This document shows positions 39,386 through 47,768 of a stretch of 54,872 nt of DNA, piece by piece (position 1 is the stretch's first letter; each line of letters opens with the position of its first letter). Where the stretch lies: positions 1-54,872 of the forward strand of contig JAYEOM010000027.1 of NCBI GenBank assembly GCA_034722955.1, given 5' to 3'. The notes beneath the pieces are model-generated. The model saw nothing but the letters and a program-made list of their open reading frames with translations, was not told where the DNA came from and ran no database searches. Source of the DNA: Campylobacterota bacterium (lineage in GTDB: Bacteria; Campylobacterota; Campylobacteria; Campylobacterales; Sulfurovaceae). Position numbers and translations under genes: made by a program.

Positions 39386-40015
39386 ATGGTAAAGATCAAG
39401 ATATTATCTGTGGCTGCACTTGCGATACTGATGGTTGGATGTGGAGAAGATCCAAAAGAGAGTGTTGCTATAGATAAAGATGAACTCAAAACAGAAGAGG
39501 TTGTAGCCGGTGCAGTGGACAAAACAGTTGAAGCTGCTGCAGTGGATACTACTGCTATCGCCAAAGAGGGTGACAAAGCTGATGATACTATCAAGAAAGA
39601 TCTATCTGATGCCATGCTCAAAACCAAAGAGGTAATAGCCGGTGCTGTAGATAAGTCAGTTGAAGCTGCTGCTGTGGCATCTACTGCTATCGCCAAAGAT
39701 AGTGACAAATCTGTAGAAGCTATCAAGAAAGATCTATCTGATGCCACGCTCAAAACCAAAGAGGTCATAGCAGGTGCTGTAGATAAGTCAGTTGAAGCTG
39801 CTGCTACAGCATCTACTGCTATCTCAAAACAAATTGACCAAGCTGTAGAGGCTATCAAGAGAGACTCATCTGAAGCTACACTCAAGAGTGAAGAGGTCAC
39901 AGCCGGTGCAGTGGACAAAACAGTTGAAGCTGCTGCAGTGGATACTACTGCTATCGCCAAAGAGGGTGACAAGGTCAAAAAAGAGTTATCTGATGAAGTT
40001 GACAGTGTCAAATAG
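39386..40015 (+). CDS. repeat lipoprotein (four 44-aa amphipathic repeats)
   Basis: TATAAT at 39358-39363 and AAGGAG 5 nt before the ATG. Lipobox AILMVGC. The body consists of EV(I/V)AGAVDK(S/T)VEAAA... repeats. Confidence 0.75.
   Translation: MVKIKILSVAALAILMVGCGEDPKESVAIDKDELKTEEVVAGAVDKTVEAAAVDTTAIAKEGDKADDTIKKDLSDAMLKTKEVIAGAVDKSVEAAAVASTAIAKDSDKSVEAIKKDLSDATLKTKEVIAGAVDKSVEAAATASTAISKQIDQAVEAIKRDSSEATLKSEEVTAGAVDKTVEAAAVDTTAIAKEGDKVKKELSDEVDSVK
39497..40015 (+). repeat. tandem repeat, period 132 nt, about 3.9 copies
   Basis: Units start at 39497, 39629, 39761 and 39893. Units 1 and 4 share an identical run of about 70 nt. Units 2 and 3 are closest to each other. Confidence 0.9.
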
Positions 40016-40045
40016 TATATAGTATTTGGTCATATTAAGATATTG

Positions 40046-40066
40046 CCAACTGAACTCATCAGTTGG
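40046..40066 (+). terminator. hairpin between the lipoprotein gene and the basic-protein gene
   Basis: ccaactga-actca-tcagttgg, a perfect 8-bp stem. There is no T-run, and GGTATAAG follows directly. Confidence 0.25.
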
Positions 40067-40132
40067 TATAAGACTACACAATCTACACACTTTTCTCTGT
40101 CACTATACGATATCATATCTCAAGGAGAAATT

Positions 40133-41251
40133 ATGAAATTTCATAAAAATTTTTTGACTTTTACATCTGTAGCTATACTCTTTTTTTTCTATACTAGCAC
40201 TTCTCTTTTCGCTTATGAGAGTAGAGCTATCTATCCAGAATCTGAAGATATCAGCTACAATCTTGACCTAGATGCTGTCGCTTCACTCTTTGGGACATCA
40301 AGCAATTTGGAGGATTTTGAATGGAAACTCAACGATCCTAGCAGGCAGATATCAAACCTCGATCTAAATGGTGATAACCGAGTAGACTATCTAAGGGTTA
40401 TAGAGACTACTAAAAACTGGATACATCTGATCGTCATACAAGCTATCATAGGTCCCGATCTCTACCAAGATGTTGCTACTATAGAGGTCAGCAGAGATAG
40501 ATATAGGCGAACTTCTATACAGATCATAGGAGATCCATATCTATACGGAAGAGACTATATAATAGAACCATCTTATCTCTATGTGCCTCTGATCTACGCT
40601 GTTTTTTGGGGTAGTAGATATTATCGCCCATACTACTCTCACTATCGTTGGGGGTACTATCCTACCCGTTATCGTGCCTGGAGACCTCGCTCGATACCAT
40701 ACTATCGTAGACATATCCATAACCATATAGATAGTCGAAATCGCTATAGATACAGATCTACTGCTCGCAGAAACAGTCACACCAAGCAGATGTACAGGCA
40801 AATCAGAAAAAATGACTATGCACGCAAATATCCAAATAGATCCCATGCCAAGCGGAAACTGCGTAGGAGTACTCACAGAAAGCATCAAAACAGTAGAGCA
40901 GTAGATCAAAATAGATACAATTATAAAAACCGACCAAGATCAGAAAAACCAAACAGAAAGAGTCATCAAAGAGAGATCCGTCGAGAACCTAAAAAATACA
41001 AAAGAGAGAGAACAAGAGAGAGAACAGAGAGTCGTCAACATAGAGCAGACAGAACGAACAGAGCCTACGATAGAACGCGCCAAGAGAAGAGAGTACAAAA
41101 ACAAAATATCCAAAAGCAAAATAGAGAGAGACGCCATCAAAATCGTCAAAACATCCAGAAGCGATCACTCTACAAAAACAGTGAAAGAGGGGCACAAAGA
41201 CGACCTATCAAAAAGGAGACAACCAGAAGAGGAGATATAGAGAGACGATAA
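40133..41251 (+). CDS. secreted protein with a hyper-basic Arg/Lys/Gln/Asn/Tyr-rich C-terminal half
   Basis: The ATG at 40133 lies 6 nt after AAGGAG. Signal peptide MKFHKNFLTFTSVAILFFFYTSTSLFA. It has a DLNGDNRVDYLRV Ca-binding-like loop, followed by about 200 aa of low-complexity basic sequence. Confidence 0.65.
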   Translation: MKFHKNFLTFTSVAILFFFYTSTSLFAYESRAIYPESEDISYNLDLDAVASLFGTSSNLEDFEWKLNDPSRQISNLDLNGDNRVDYLRVIETTKNWIHLIVIQAIIGPDLYQDVATIEVSRDRYRRTSIQIIGDPYLYGRDYIIEPSYLYVPLIYAVFWGSRYYRPYYSHYRWGYYPTRYRAWRPRSIPYYRRHIHNHIDSRNRYRYRSTARRNSHTKQMYRQIRKNDYARKYPNRSHAKRKLRRSTHRKHQNSRAVDQNRYNYKNRPRSEKPNRKSHQREIRREPKKYKRERTRERTESRQHRADRTNRAYDRTRQEKRVQKQNIQKQNRERRHQNRQNIQKRSLYKNSERGAQRRPIKKETTRRGDIERR

Positions 41252-41274
41252 ATCGTCCCTTTTTACCCCCACTA

Positions 41275-41298
41275 CAGTATATTTTAGATAATATACTG
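41275..41298 (+). terminator. AT-rich perfect hairpin (9-bp stem) downstream of the basic-protein gene and upstream of metG
   Basis: cagtatatt-ttagat-aatatactg, followed by TTTCGATATTT. Confidence 0.35.
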
Positions 41299-41346
41299 TT
41301 TCGATATTTATCAATCCAAAACTCATTTGTTTAAGGAGCATACCCT

Positions 41347-43299
41347 ATGTCTTGCCACAAAAAAGCCTACATCACAACACCCATCTACTATGTCAATGAT
41401 ATCGCTCATATAGGTCATGCTTATACGACTATCATCGCTGATACACTCGCTCGCTACTCTCGCATGAGTGGCTTGGATACACTCTTTTTGACCGGAACGG
41501 ATGAACATGGTCAAAAGATCGAACACTCAGCACTAGATAGAGGCAAAACACCTCAAGAGTATGCCGATGAGATCTCTGCTACTTTCAAAAATCTTTGGGA
41601 TGATTTTGATATCTCTTATGATATATTTATCCGTACTACAGATGAGGATCATAAGAGAGGAGTACAAAAAGCCTTTTCTGGGATGATGGAAAAAGGAGAT
41701 ATCTATAAAGATGTCTACAAGGGACACTACTGTATCTCTTGTGAAACTTTCTTTCCCAAGACTCAGCTTGTAGATGATGAATTTTGTCCTGAGTGCGGAC
41801 GAGCCACCTCTGTGGTAGAGGAGGAGAGCTACTTCTTCAGGCTATCACAATACCAAGATAAGCTGCTAGCCTGGTATGAAGAGAATCCTGACTGTATCCT
41901 GCCAAAAAGCAAGAGAAATGAGGTGATCCGTTTTGTAGAGAGTGGACTAGATGACCTCTCTATCACCCGTACCAGCTTTGACTGGGGAGTCAAACTCCCA
42001 GCAGAGCTAAATGATCCCAAACATGTCATGTATGTCTGGCTTGATGCTCTGATGAACTACCTCACAGCCCTAGGTTATGGCGGTGATGAGAAAAATATAG
42101 ACTTTTGGCCGGCACGAGTACATCTCATAGGCAAAGATATCCTCCGTTTTCATGCTATCTACTGGCCTGCATTTTTGATGAGTCTCGACTTGCCACTGCC
42201 AAAACATATCGCTGCTCATGGATGGTGGACTAGAGATGGTGCAAAGATGAGCAAATCAAAAGGTAATGTAGTCAATCCAAAAGAGGTTGCTGATGCCTAT
42301 GGGTTGGATAATTTCCGCTATTTTATGCTCAGAGAGGTACCTTTCGGCGGTGATGGTGACTTCAGTCAAAAAGCATTGATCGATCGGATCAACTCTGATC
42401 TTGGTAATGACTTGGGCAATCTTCTCAACCGTCTCATAGGTATGAGCGGCAAATATTTTGCTGGTCGTGTAGATAGCAGTTGTGTAGGTGACTACTATCA
42501 ATCAGAACTAAATGAGGTCAATGACTCTATCCAAAAACTAGAACCATTTCTGTTTGAGATGCAACTACACAGATATCTCGAAGAGCTCTGGAGACCGCTT
42601 AGTGTTGCCAACAAGGCTATCGATAAATACCAGCCTTGGACATTGATGAAAGAGGGCAAGGAGAAGGAGGCGATGGCACTCAATGGACTCATCGCTACGA
42701 TCCTAGCCAAGGTTTCGATCATGCTCTACCCTGTAATGCCACAGACATCAACCAAGATCGCTTCTGCACTAGGGTTTGATATATCTCAATATAGCTGGAG
42801 TCGCCTGATCATCAAAGACCAAGAGCTTAGTGAGTTTACCATAGAGAAGATCCCTCCTCTCTTTCCTCGCATAGAAGAGGCACTGCTAGCTCATGTCGAA
42901 CCCCAAAACAAAACAGCCAAAAAGGCAGAGAAAGCAAAAGAGAGTCCAAAAGATGAGAAAGATGAAGGTGTCGCTCTGATAGGCATAGATCAGTTTTTCC
43001 AGACATCACTCAAGATCGGTACAGTTATCAAAGCAGAAGAGGTTCCAAAAAGCAAAAGACTCCTACTCTTGCAGGTAGATATCGGAGAGGATCAGCCACG
43101 ACAAGTAGTTGCCGGTATCAAAGAGTGGTACAGTGCAGATTCACTACTAGAGACACAGGTATGTGTAGTTGCCAATCTTAAACCAGCCAAACTGATGGGG
43201 ATGAGAAGTGAAGGGATGCTGCTAGCAGCAAAAGATAGTAGCGGGTTGAGCCTGATCCGTCCAGAAGCACCCAAAACTAACGGCACATCGATAGGTTGA
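41347..43299 (+). CDS. metG: methionine--tRNA ligase with a C-terminal tRNA-binding (EMAP/Trbp111-like) domain
   Basis: HIGH motif (IAHIGHAY), a zinc knuckle (CISCETF...CPECG) and KMSKS. Confidence 0.95.
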   Translation: MSCHKKAYITTPIYYVNDIAHIGHAYTTIIADTLARYSRMSGLDTLFLTGTDEHGQKIEHSALDRGKTPQEYADEISATFKNLWDDFDISYDIFIRTTDEDHKRGVQKAFSGMMEKGDIYKDVYKGHYCISCETFFPKTQLVDDEFCPECGRATSVVEEESYFFRLSQYQDKLLAWYEENPDCILPKSKRNEVIRFVESGLDDLSITRTSFDWGVKLPAELNDPKHVMYVWLDALMNYLTALGYGGDEKNIDFWPARVHLIGKDILRFHAIYWPAFLMSLDLPLPKHIAAHGWWTRDGAKMSKSKGNVVNPKEVADAYGLDNFRYFMLREVPFGGDGDFSQKALIDRINSDLGNDLGNLLNRLIGMSGKYFAGRVDSSCVGDYYQSELNEVNDSIQKLEPFLFEMQLHRYLEELWRPLSVANKAIDKYQPWTLMKEGKEKEAMALNGLIATILAKVSIMLYPVMPQTSTKIASALGFDISQYSWSRLIIKDQELSEFTIEKIPPLFPRIEEALLAHVEPQNKTAKKAEKAKESPKDEKDEGVALIGIDQFFQTSLKIGTVIKAEEVPKSKRLLLLQVDIGEDQPRQVVAGIKEWYSADSLLETQVCVVANLKPAKLMGMRSEGMLLAAKDSSGLSLIRPEAPKTNGTSIG

Positions 43300-44282
43300 T
43301 GATGACAATAGATGCACTGCTAAGCCTGACCGATGGCACACTTCAAAACAAACCAACTATTCATACCATAGAGGGAGCTACTGTCTTCCCATCCAAGGTA
43401 GAGCATGGAGATCTCTTCTTCTCTTCCAATCCTGACGAGATCAAGAGTGCCTTGGAGAGTGGTGCTTATGCCATCATCTATGATGATGATAGCATTACTA
43501 TAGACGATCTTGAAGTAGCTTGGATCAAGGTGCACTCCATACAAGATGCAGCATTTAAACTTCTGAGATATGTGATCTTGGAAAAAGATGCAGCATTTTA
43601 TCTACTATCAGAGCATGAGAGTAGTTTTCTTAAAATGATACTTCTGCAAAAGAGCAATATTTCATTCATCTCAGGTGAGTGGAAAAAGGCCTTTGAGCAG
43701 ATATTGAACTCATCACAAAAGCTTTTTGTAGGTAGCGATGAAAGACTCATGAAACATATCAAACCTGATATAAAACACCTCGAACGAGAGGTAGATGGGT
43801 ATCCTATCAACGATACACTATTTAAGACCACCTTCAAAGTCGGTGGTTTTGTCTATCAAGATAAAGAGCTTATCCCTTTTCATCTAGAGTATCTATTGAG
43901 AGTTGTTGATTTTTGTGAAGCAAATGAGCTGCCTTACTCCATAGATCGTGTCAAATATACCAAACATTTCGTCCCTGTGTTTATAGATGCCAAACTCAAT
44001 GCCACCCACTCATCCAAGAGTGACAAAGTAGTGATATTTGCAGATAACCTTAAAGATATCAACCAAGCTAGAGAGTATATCAAATACAATGGTACTTGGG
44101 TCAAAAGCATTGTTCTCACTCCGCCAAAAGTCAAGGTAGAGAATCTCACTCGTCCATTTTGGTTTGAGACTGAAGAGGAGGTGAGGGAGACACTCAGCAG
44201 TGTACACTTCAACTATGCTTTCATATATACACTAGATAGGAGTATCCTCAACCAGATCAAAGAGGAGTATTCACTTTTTTAA
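43299..44282 (+). CDS. hypothetical protein with an N-terminal region resembling the MurF N-terminal domain
   Basis: The TGATG overlap with the metG stop suggests translational coupling. The region LTDGTL...VFPSKVEHGDLFFS...ALESGAYAII resembles the MurF N-domain. No P-loop is visible. Confidence 0.55.
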   Translation: MMTIDALLSLTDGTLQNKPTIHTIEGATVFPSKVEHGDLFFSSNPDEIKSALESGAYAIIYDDDSITIDDLEVAWIKVHSIQDAAFKLLRYVILEKDAAFYLLSEHESSFLKMILLQKSNISFISGEWKKAFEQILNSSQKLFVGSDERLMKHIKPDIKHLEREVDGYPINDTLFKTTFKVGGFVYQDKELIPFHLEYLLRVVDFCEANELPYSIDRVKYTKHFVPVFIDAKLNATHSSKSDKVVIFADNLKDINQAREYIKYNGTWVKSIVLTPPKVKVENLTRPFWFETEEEVRETLSSVHFNYAFIYTLDRSILNQIKEEYSLF

Positions 44283-44395
44283 AAAATGACTCCTCCTGTT
44301 ACCCCATCAACCATACTCATCTTTTTTTATACTTTTGGAGCGGTGATAATACCTCTGATGAGTTGGATAGTGGTGATATGGATAAAAAACGATAC

Positions 44396-44418
44396 TCTCC
44401 AATTGGGGTAGCCTTAGT
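44396..44418 (-). repeat. degenerate copy B of the 24-nt element
   Basis: On the minus strand it reads ACTAAGGCTACCCCAATTGGAGA. It shares GGCTACCCCAA plus GGAGA with copies A and C, with a 2-nt insertion. It overlaps the TAA stop of the radical SAM gene. Confidence 0.55.
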
Positions 44419-45280
44419 CAAACCGCTTTTTATAGCTACAGTGTTGACACAATTTTTCTACCGCTATACCCTCCCTAAATCCATCTATCATCGACTGAGA
44501 TCTATTGCTGCTGAGTATCTCATCAAGGCTCTGTCGATGAAGATCTCCCAACTCTATCACACCATCGCAGTCTAGACAACAAGGGACTGCTATGCCACTG
44601 GCCAATATAGCTATATGAGAGTTCAAGCCCTGACAGTTACCATCTCCATAGTGTGGGTTGCTTAGAGATGGCCACTCAAAATAGTGATCAAAATGCAGAA
44701 GGACTTTACGATTCAAACGAATCGATTTGGGTCTCTCTGACTCTATCTCGTCAGAGTTTAGATGGACCGCAAAAGCATCTGATAGAGAGTCAAATAGCTC
44801 TTGGTTAAATAACCTCTCACTCATCACCTCATCCAGATTCCAGATACGCAGATTGATAAAGAGCTCATTTTTTTCTTTTATCTTCTCTTGAGATAGCGAG
44901 ATAATAGGATCAAGGTATTGCTTCAGAGTCAGAGAGGTATCATTTTTATTGTAACTATTTAGAGATATATTGATCTGTTTTACAGCAGGATGAAATAGTG
45001 TTTGATAGCTATGTTTTTTCAGATAGTATCCACTTGTTGTCAAAACAGCTTTCATCCCATGGCGATCTAAGATATCAAGATAGTCACTCAGGTTAGAGAG
45101 TATCATAGGGTCACCAACCACATGACATGCTATCTCTTTGGTATAGCTTTTCGCCTGTTTGACAATAGAGTCAAAAAATTCTGTTGACATGGTGTGGGTC
45201 GGAAGCTCTTTAGTAGGGCAAAAAGAGCAGCTCAAACCACAAATATTGGTCAGCTCAATATAGATGCGGTGAAACTTCAT
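44414..45280 (-). CDS. radical SAM/SPASM-domain protein
   Basis: CGLSCSFCP (CX3CX2C) near the N-terminus. The C-terminal Cys cluster is PCCLDCDG...CQHC. Confidence 0.85.
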   Translation of the reverse strand: MKFHRIYIELTNICGLSCSFCPTKELPTHTMSTEFFDSIVKQAKSYTKEIACHVVGDPMILSNLSDYLDILDRHGMKAVLTTSGYYLKKHSYQTLFHPAVKQINISLNSYNKNDTSLTLKQYLDPIISLSQEKIKEKNELFINLRIWNLDEVMSERLFNQELFDSLSDAFAVHLNSDEIESERPKSIRLNRKVLLHFDHYFEWPSLSNPHYGDGNCQGLNSHIAILASGIAVPCCLDCDGVIELGDLHRQSLDEILSSNRSQSMIDGFREGIAVEKLCQHCSYKKRFD

Positions 45281-45285
45281 CTATA

Positions 45286-46365
45286 CTAATCATCACTCTC
45301 TTGCATACATTTAGAGAGATCATCAAAATTTTGACTTCTGCGAATACATGGCATTTTACGCTTCATATCCAATATCTCCCTCTCTAGCTCATCGAGAGTA
45401 TCCTCTTTTGTGATCTTGGTCCATAGTGCAATCTCTCTATCTCTGTTCTTTTCACCACTTATCTTCTCCTCTACCTCTAATAGTTTGGAGAGGCAGAGAT
45501 TGGCAACATCTAAATCATCTGCATTTTCCAGACAGACACGAGACTCTTGTATCTCACTCAACAGCTCCGGCAATAGATCTTTTTGTTTCCGGAACATCCC
45601 CTCTGTCAATACTTCATCATTTTTCAGCTCTGCTGCTATAGTACTGTCAGAGACCTCTGCCTTGACTGATTTATCTATTTTCTGTATATTTTGTATATGT
45701 GTCTCTTTGCCCTCCTTCATTATAAAACCTTTTTTGGTACCCTCTTTAAATTCTGGCAAAATAAAAGAAGCTTCTGAAATATTATTATCAAAATCGATTG
45801 AAGTTGCTACCTTGGTCACAGGTACACCAGAGACCAATGATTCAACTTTAAGTGGTATACCTTTGTAAAAACACCATTTTTTTCCTTTGTAGAGCCATCT
45901 ATTGCACCTATAACCCAAAACTGATGAGGTACCCATCATTTTGCCCTTGGCTTTCATATCTTCTATCTCTCTCTTGTAGAGATCTTCTCCTGATGCAATA
46001 GCAGCTTTTATGATAGGATCTTCAGTGGCTTCAATCTTTTTATTTTTAAAATCTACACGGTAAACAACACCTTGATCTTCATAATGGAGAGTACGAATGA
46101 TATTTGTATTTTTGACAGATCCAGTAGTTAATTCTGTATATTTCTCTTTGTAGAGCTTGCGGGCACCCCACTCTGCGAAGATCAGTGTTGATTTTCCATC
46201 AATCTCATGATAACTATTTCCAGATATCCTGTCACCACCTTCTATCTCATAATGCACAATAGCCGACTCCACATCAAAACTTTTGAAGAGACTGCCTGCT
46301 TGACTATAGGTCAGCAGTAGACCAACCAATGTCAACATATATAATACTCTTTTGTATAGTAACAT
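45286..46365 (-). CDS. secreted DUF4412-like protein with an acidic helical C-terminal extension carrying two Cx12C pairs
   Basis: Signal peptide. LGYRCNRWLYKGKKWCFYKGIPLKVE resembles the DUF4412 core. The C-terminus has CLENADDLDVANLC and CIRRSQNFDDLSKC. Confidence 0.55.
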   Translation of the reverse strand: MLLYKRVLYMLTLVGLLLTYSQAGSLFKSFDVESAIVHYEIEGGDRISGNSYHEIDGKSTLIFAEWGARKLYKEKYTELTTGSVKNTNIIRTLHYEDQGVVYRVDFKNKKIEATEDPIIKAAIASGEDLYKREIEDMKAKGKMMGTSSVLGYRCNRWLYKGKKWCFYKGIPLKVESLVSGVPVTKVATSIDFDNNISEASFILPEFKEGTKKGFIMKEGKETHIQNIQKIDKSVKAEVSDSTIAAELKNDEVLTEGMFRKQKDLLPELLSEIQESRVCLENADDLDVANLCLSKLLEVEEKISGEKNRDREIALWTKITKEDTLDELEREILDMKRKMPCIRRSQNFDDLSKCMQESDD

Positions 46366-46374
46366 TATTTTTCC

Positions 46375-47121
46375 TTACTCCAACATACTTTTGAGGATTC
46401 TCTTCCCAGCATCTTTCTGTGCTTCATCTATTTCAGGTAAATTTTTCATACCATCTACAGCATCTTTAGGTAGTACAAAGAGATTGTCAGGAAGCTCCTC
46501 ACTGCTTAATTTGACAAATCTAATCCCCTCTGCCAAGAGTAGTGCATATCCATCAGTTACCAGCATCATGGACTCCATGTCATGATCTATCTCCATCCCA
46601 TAAGGCCCTTCACCAAACTGCTTCAGTATATCAAAAGAGATTTTCATAGCATCAACTACATCTCTGTTGTTGGTCACGACAATCTCCTCTTTGTACCTCC
46701 TGCCATCCTCTTCTGACTCTACTTCCCACACTTCTCCTCTGATACCGGATACTACTTGAGGGGCACCTCTGTTTAGGATGGTAAAGAAAGGCTTCTCTTC
46801 TGGTGCATTCTGCTCTCTGGAAACATTGAGTTCATCCTCTAATTTGGAAGTTGCACCATCTATCTTGTCCATATCCATATAGGTCAACTGTCCATTCTCT
46901 TTGAGTACTGTGTAGTGTCTGCCATCTATGAGATACTGACCCTCTGCGTTAGTACTATTTTGATCTTCCTTCTTGTAAAATGAGAGTTTTACATGATTGG
47001 CATCTTTATACTCTATAACCTCATATAGTTTACCATCAAGACCACTATCCATCTCATAAGTCATCGTGAAATCTGCTAAGAGCAGTGTAGTCATCAAACC
47101 CGTTAAAACTATCTTTTTCAT
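46375..47121 (-). CDS. secreted DUF4412-like protein
   Basis: The start MKKIVLTGLMTTLLLA at 47121 is preferred. VSGIRGEVWEVESEE resembles the DUF4412 core. It lies 9 nt upstream of the next gene. Confidence 0.55.
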   Translation of the reverse strand: MKKIVLTGLMTTLLLADFTMTYEMDSGLDGKLYEVIEYKDANHVKLSFYKKEDQNSTNAEGQYLIDGRHYTVLKENGQLTYMDMDKIDGATSKLEDELNVSREQNAPEEKPFFTILNRGAPQVVSGIRGEVWEVESEEDGRRYKEEIVVTNNRDVVDAMKISFDILKQFGEGPYGMEIDHDMESMMLVTDGYALLLAEGIRFVKLSSEELPDNLFVLPKDAVDGMKNLPEIDEAQKDAGKRILKSMLE

Positions 47122-47245
47122 CAATACCATCCACTTTGCAAATTTTATATACATTTATATGTCTATATTGTACACAAAAAGCTAAAACCTATGCTTTAGA
47201 ATCACTACTATTCTACATTAATCTATCTAGGTTTATATAAAAGAT

Positions 47246-47254
47246 TGCTATAAT
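47246..47254 (+). promoter_or_regulatory. extended -10 (TGCTATAAT) promoter candidate
   Basis: A perfect TGnTATAAT 36 nt upstream of the ATG at 47290. Confidence 0.45.
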
Positions 47255-47289
47255 AAGTATAAATATGTATATGTAAGGATTAAGTGAGT

Positions 47290-47718
47290 ATGTTTTTCAA
47301 CCAAGATAATTGCCCTGGATGTATGCAAAAAGGGAGTAAGATTCAAAGTGATACGATGATCCATCATGTCAAAGATATCAGCAAGATGGGTAACAATGGC
47401 TACTCTTTTTGCCATTCACCAGAGTGCAATGTCGTCTACTTTAAGGATGAAGAGGTATTTACTACTGACATGATCAACAAGGAGATCGGACTCAAAGATA
47501 GTGCATCAGAGAGAGGAGTCATCTGCTTTTGCTACAACTATTTCAAATCAGAGCTTTATGAGCCTTCGCTTATCGATAAGATCAATATCAGAATAGACAA
47601 TTATGGTAGCCGCTGTGACCTCAGAAATCCTGCCGGAAGATGTTGTCTCAAAGATATCAAAAGAGTACAGACAGAGAATAGAGGGAATAGGTTTAATAAT
47701 AATTTCAGAGTTAAATAG
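47290..47718 (+). CDS. Cys-rich metal-binding protein (CopZ N-terminal-like putative Fe-S/Zn metallochaperone)
   Basis: CPGC...FCHSPEC...CFC...C...NPAGRCCL. The Cys spacing recalls the Cys-rich domain of archaeal and bacterial CopZ-like proteins. Confidence 0.45.
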   Translation: MFFNQDNCPGCMQKGSKIQSDTMIHHVKDISKMGNNGYSFCHSPECNVVYFKDEEVFTTDMINKEIGLKDSASERGVICFCYNYFKSELYEPSLIDKINIRIDNYGSRCDLRNPAGRCCLKDIKRVQTENRGNRFNNNFRVK

Positions 47719-47768
47719 GATATATCTATTCTTGGTAACTTCCTAAATATCCTACAGAGTGACTCGTC

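Noticed and set aside
39352-40011. 219-aa minus-strand ORF covering the whole repeat-lipoprotein gene
   Set aside because: This is a mirror-image artefact of the GC-biased, Ala-codon-rich tandem repeat. It has no SD and no signal, and its composition is Ala/Ser/Thr low-complexity. The plus-strand gene has a promoter, an SD and a lipobox.
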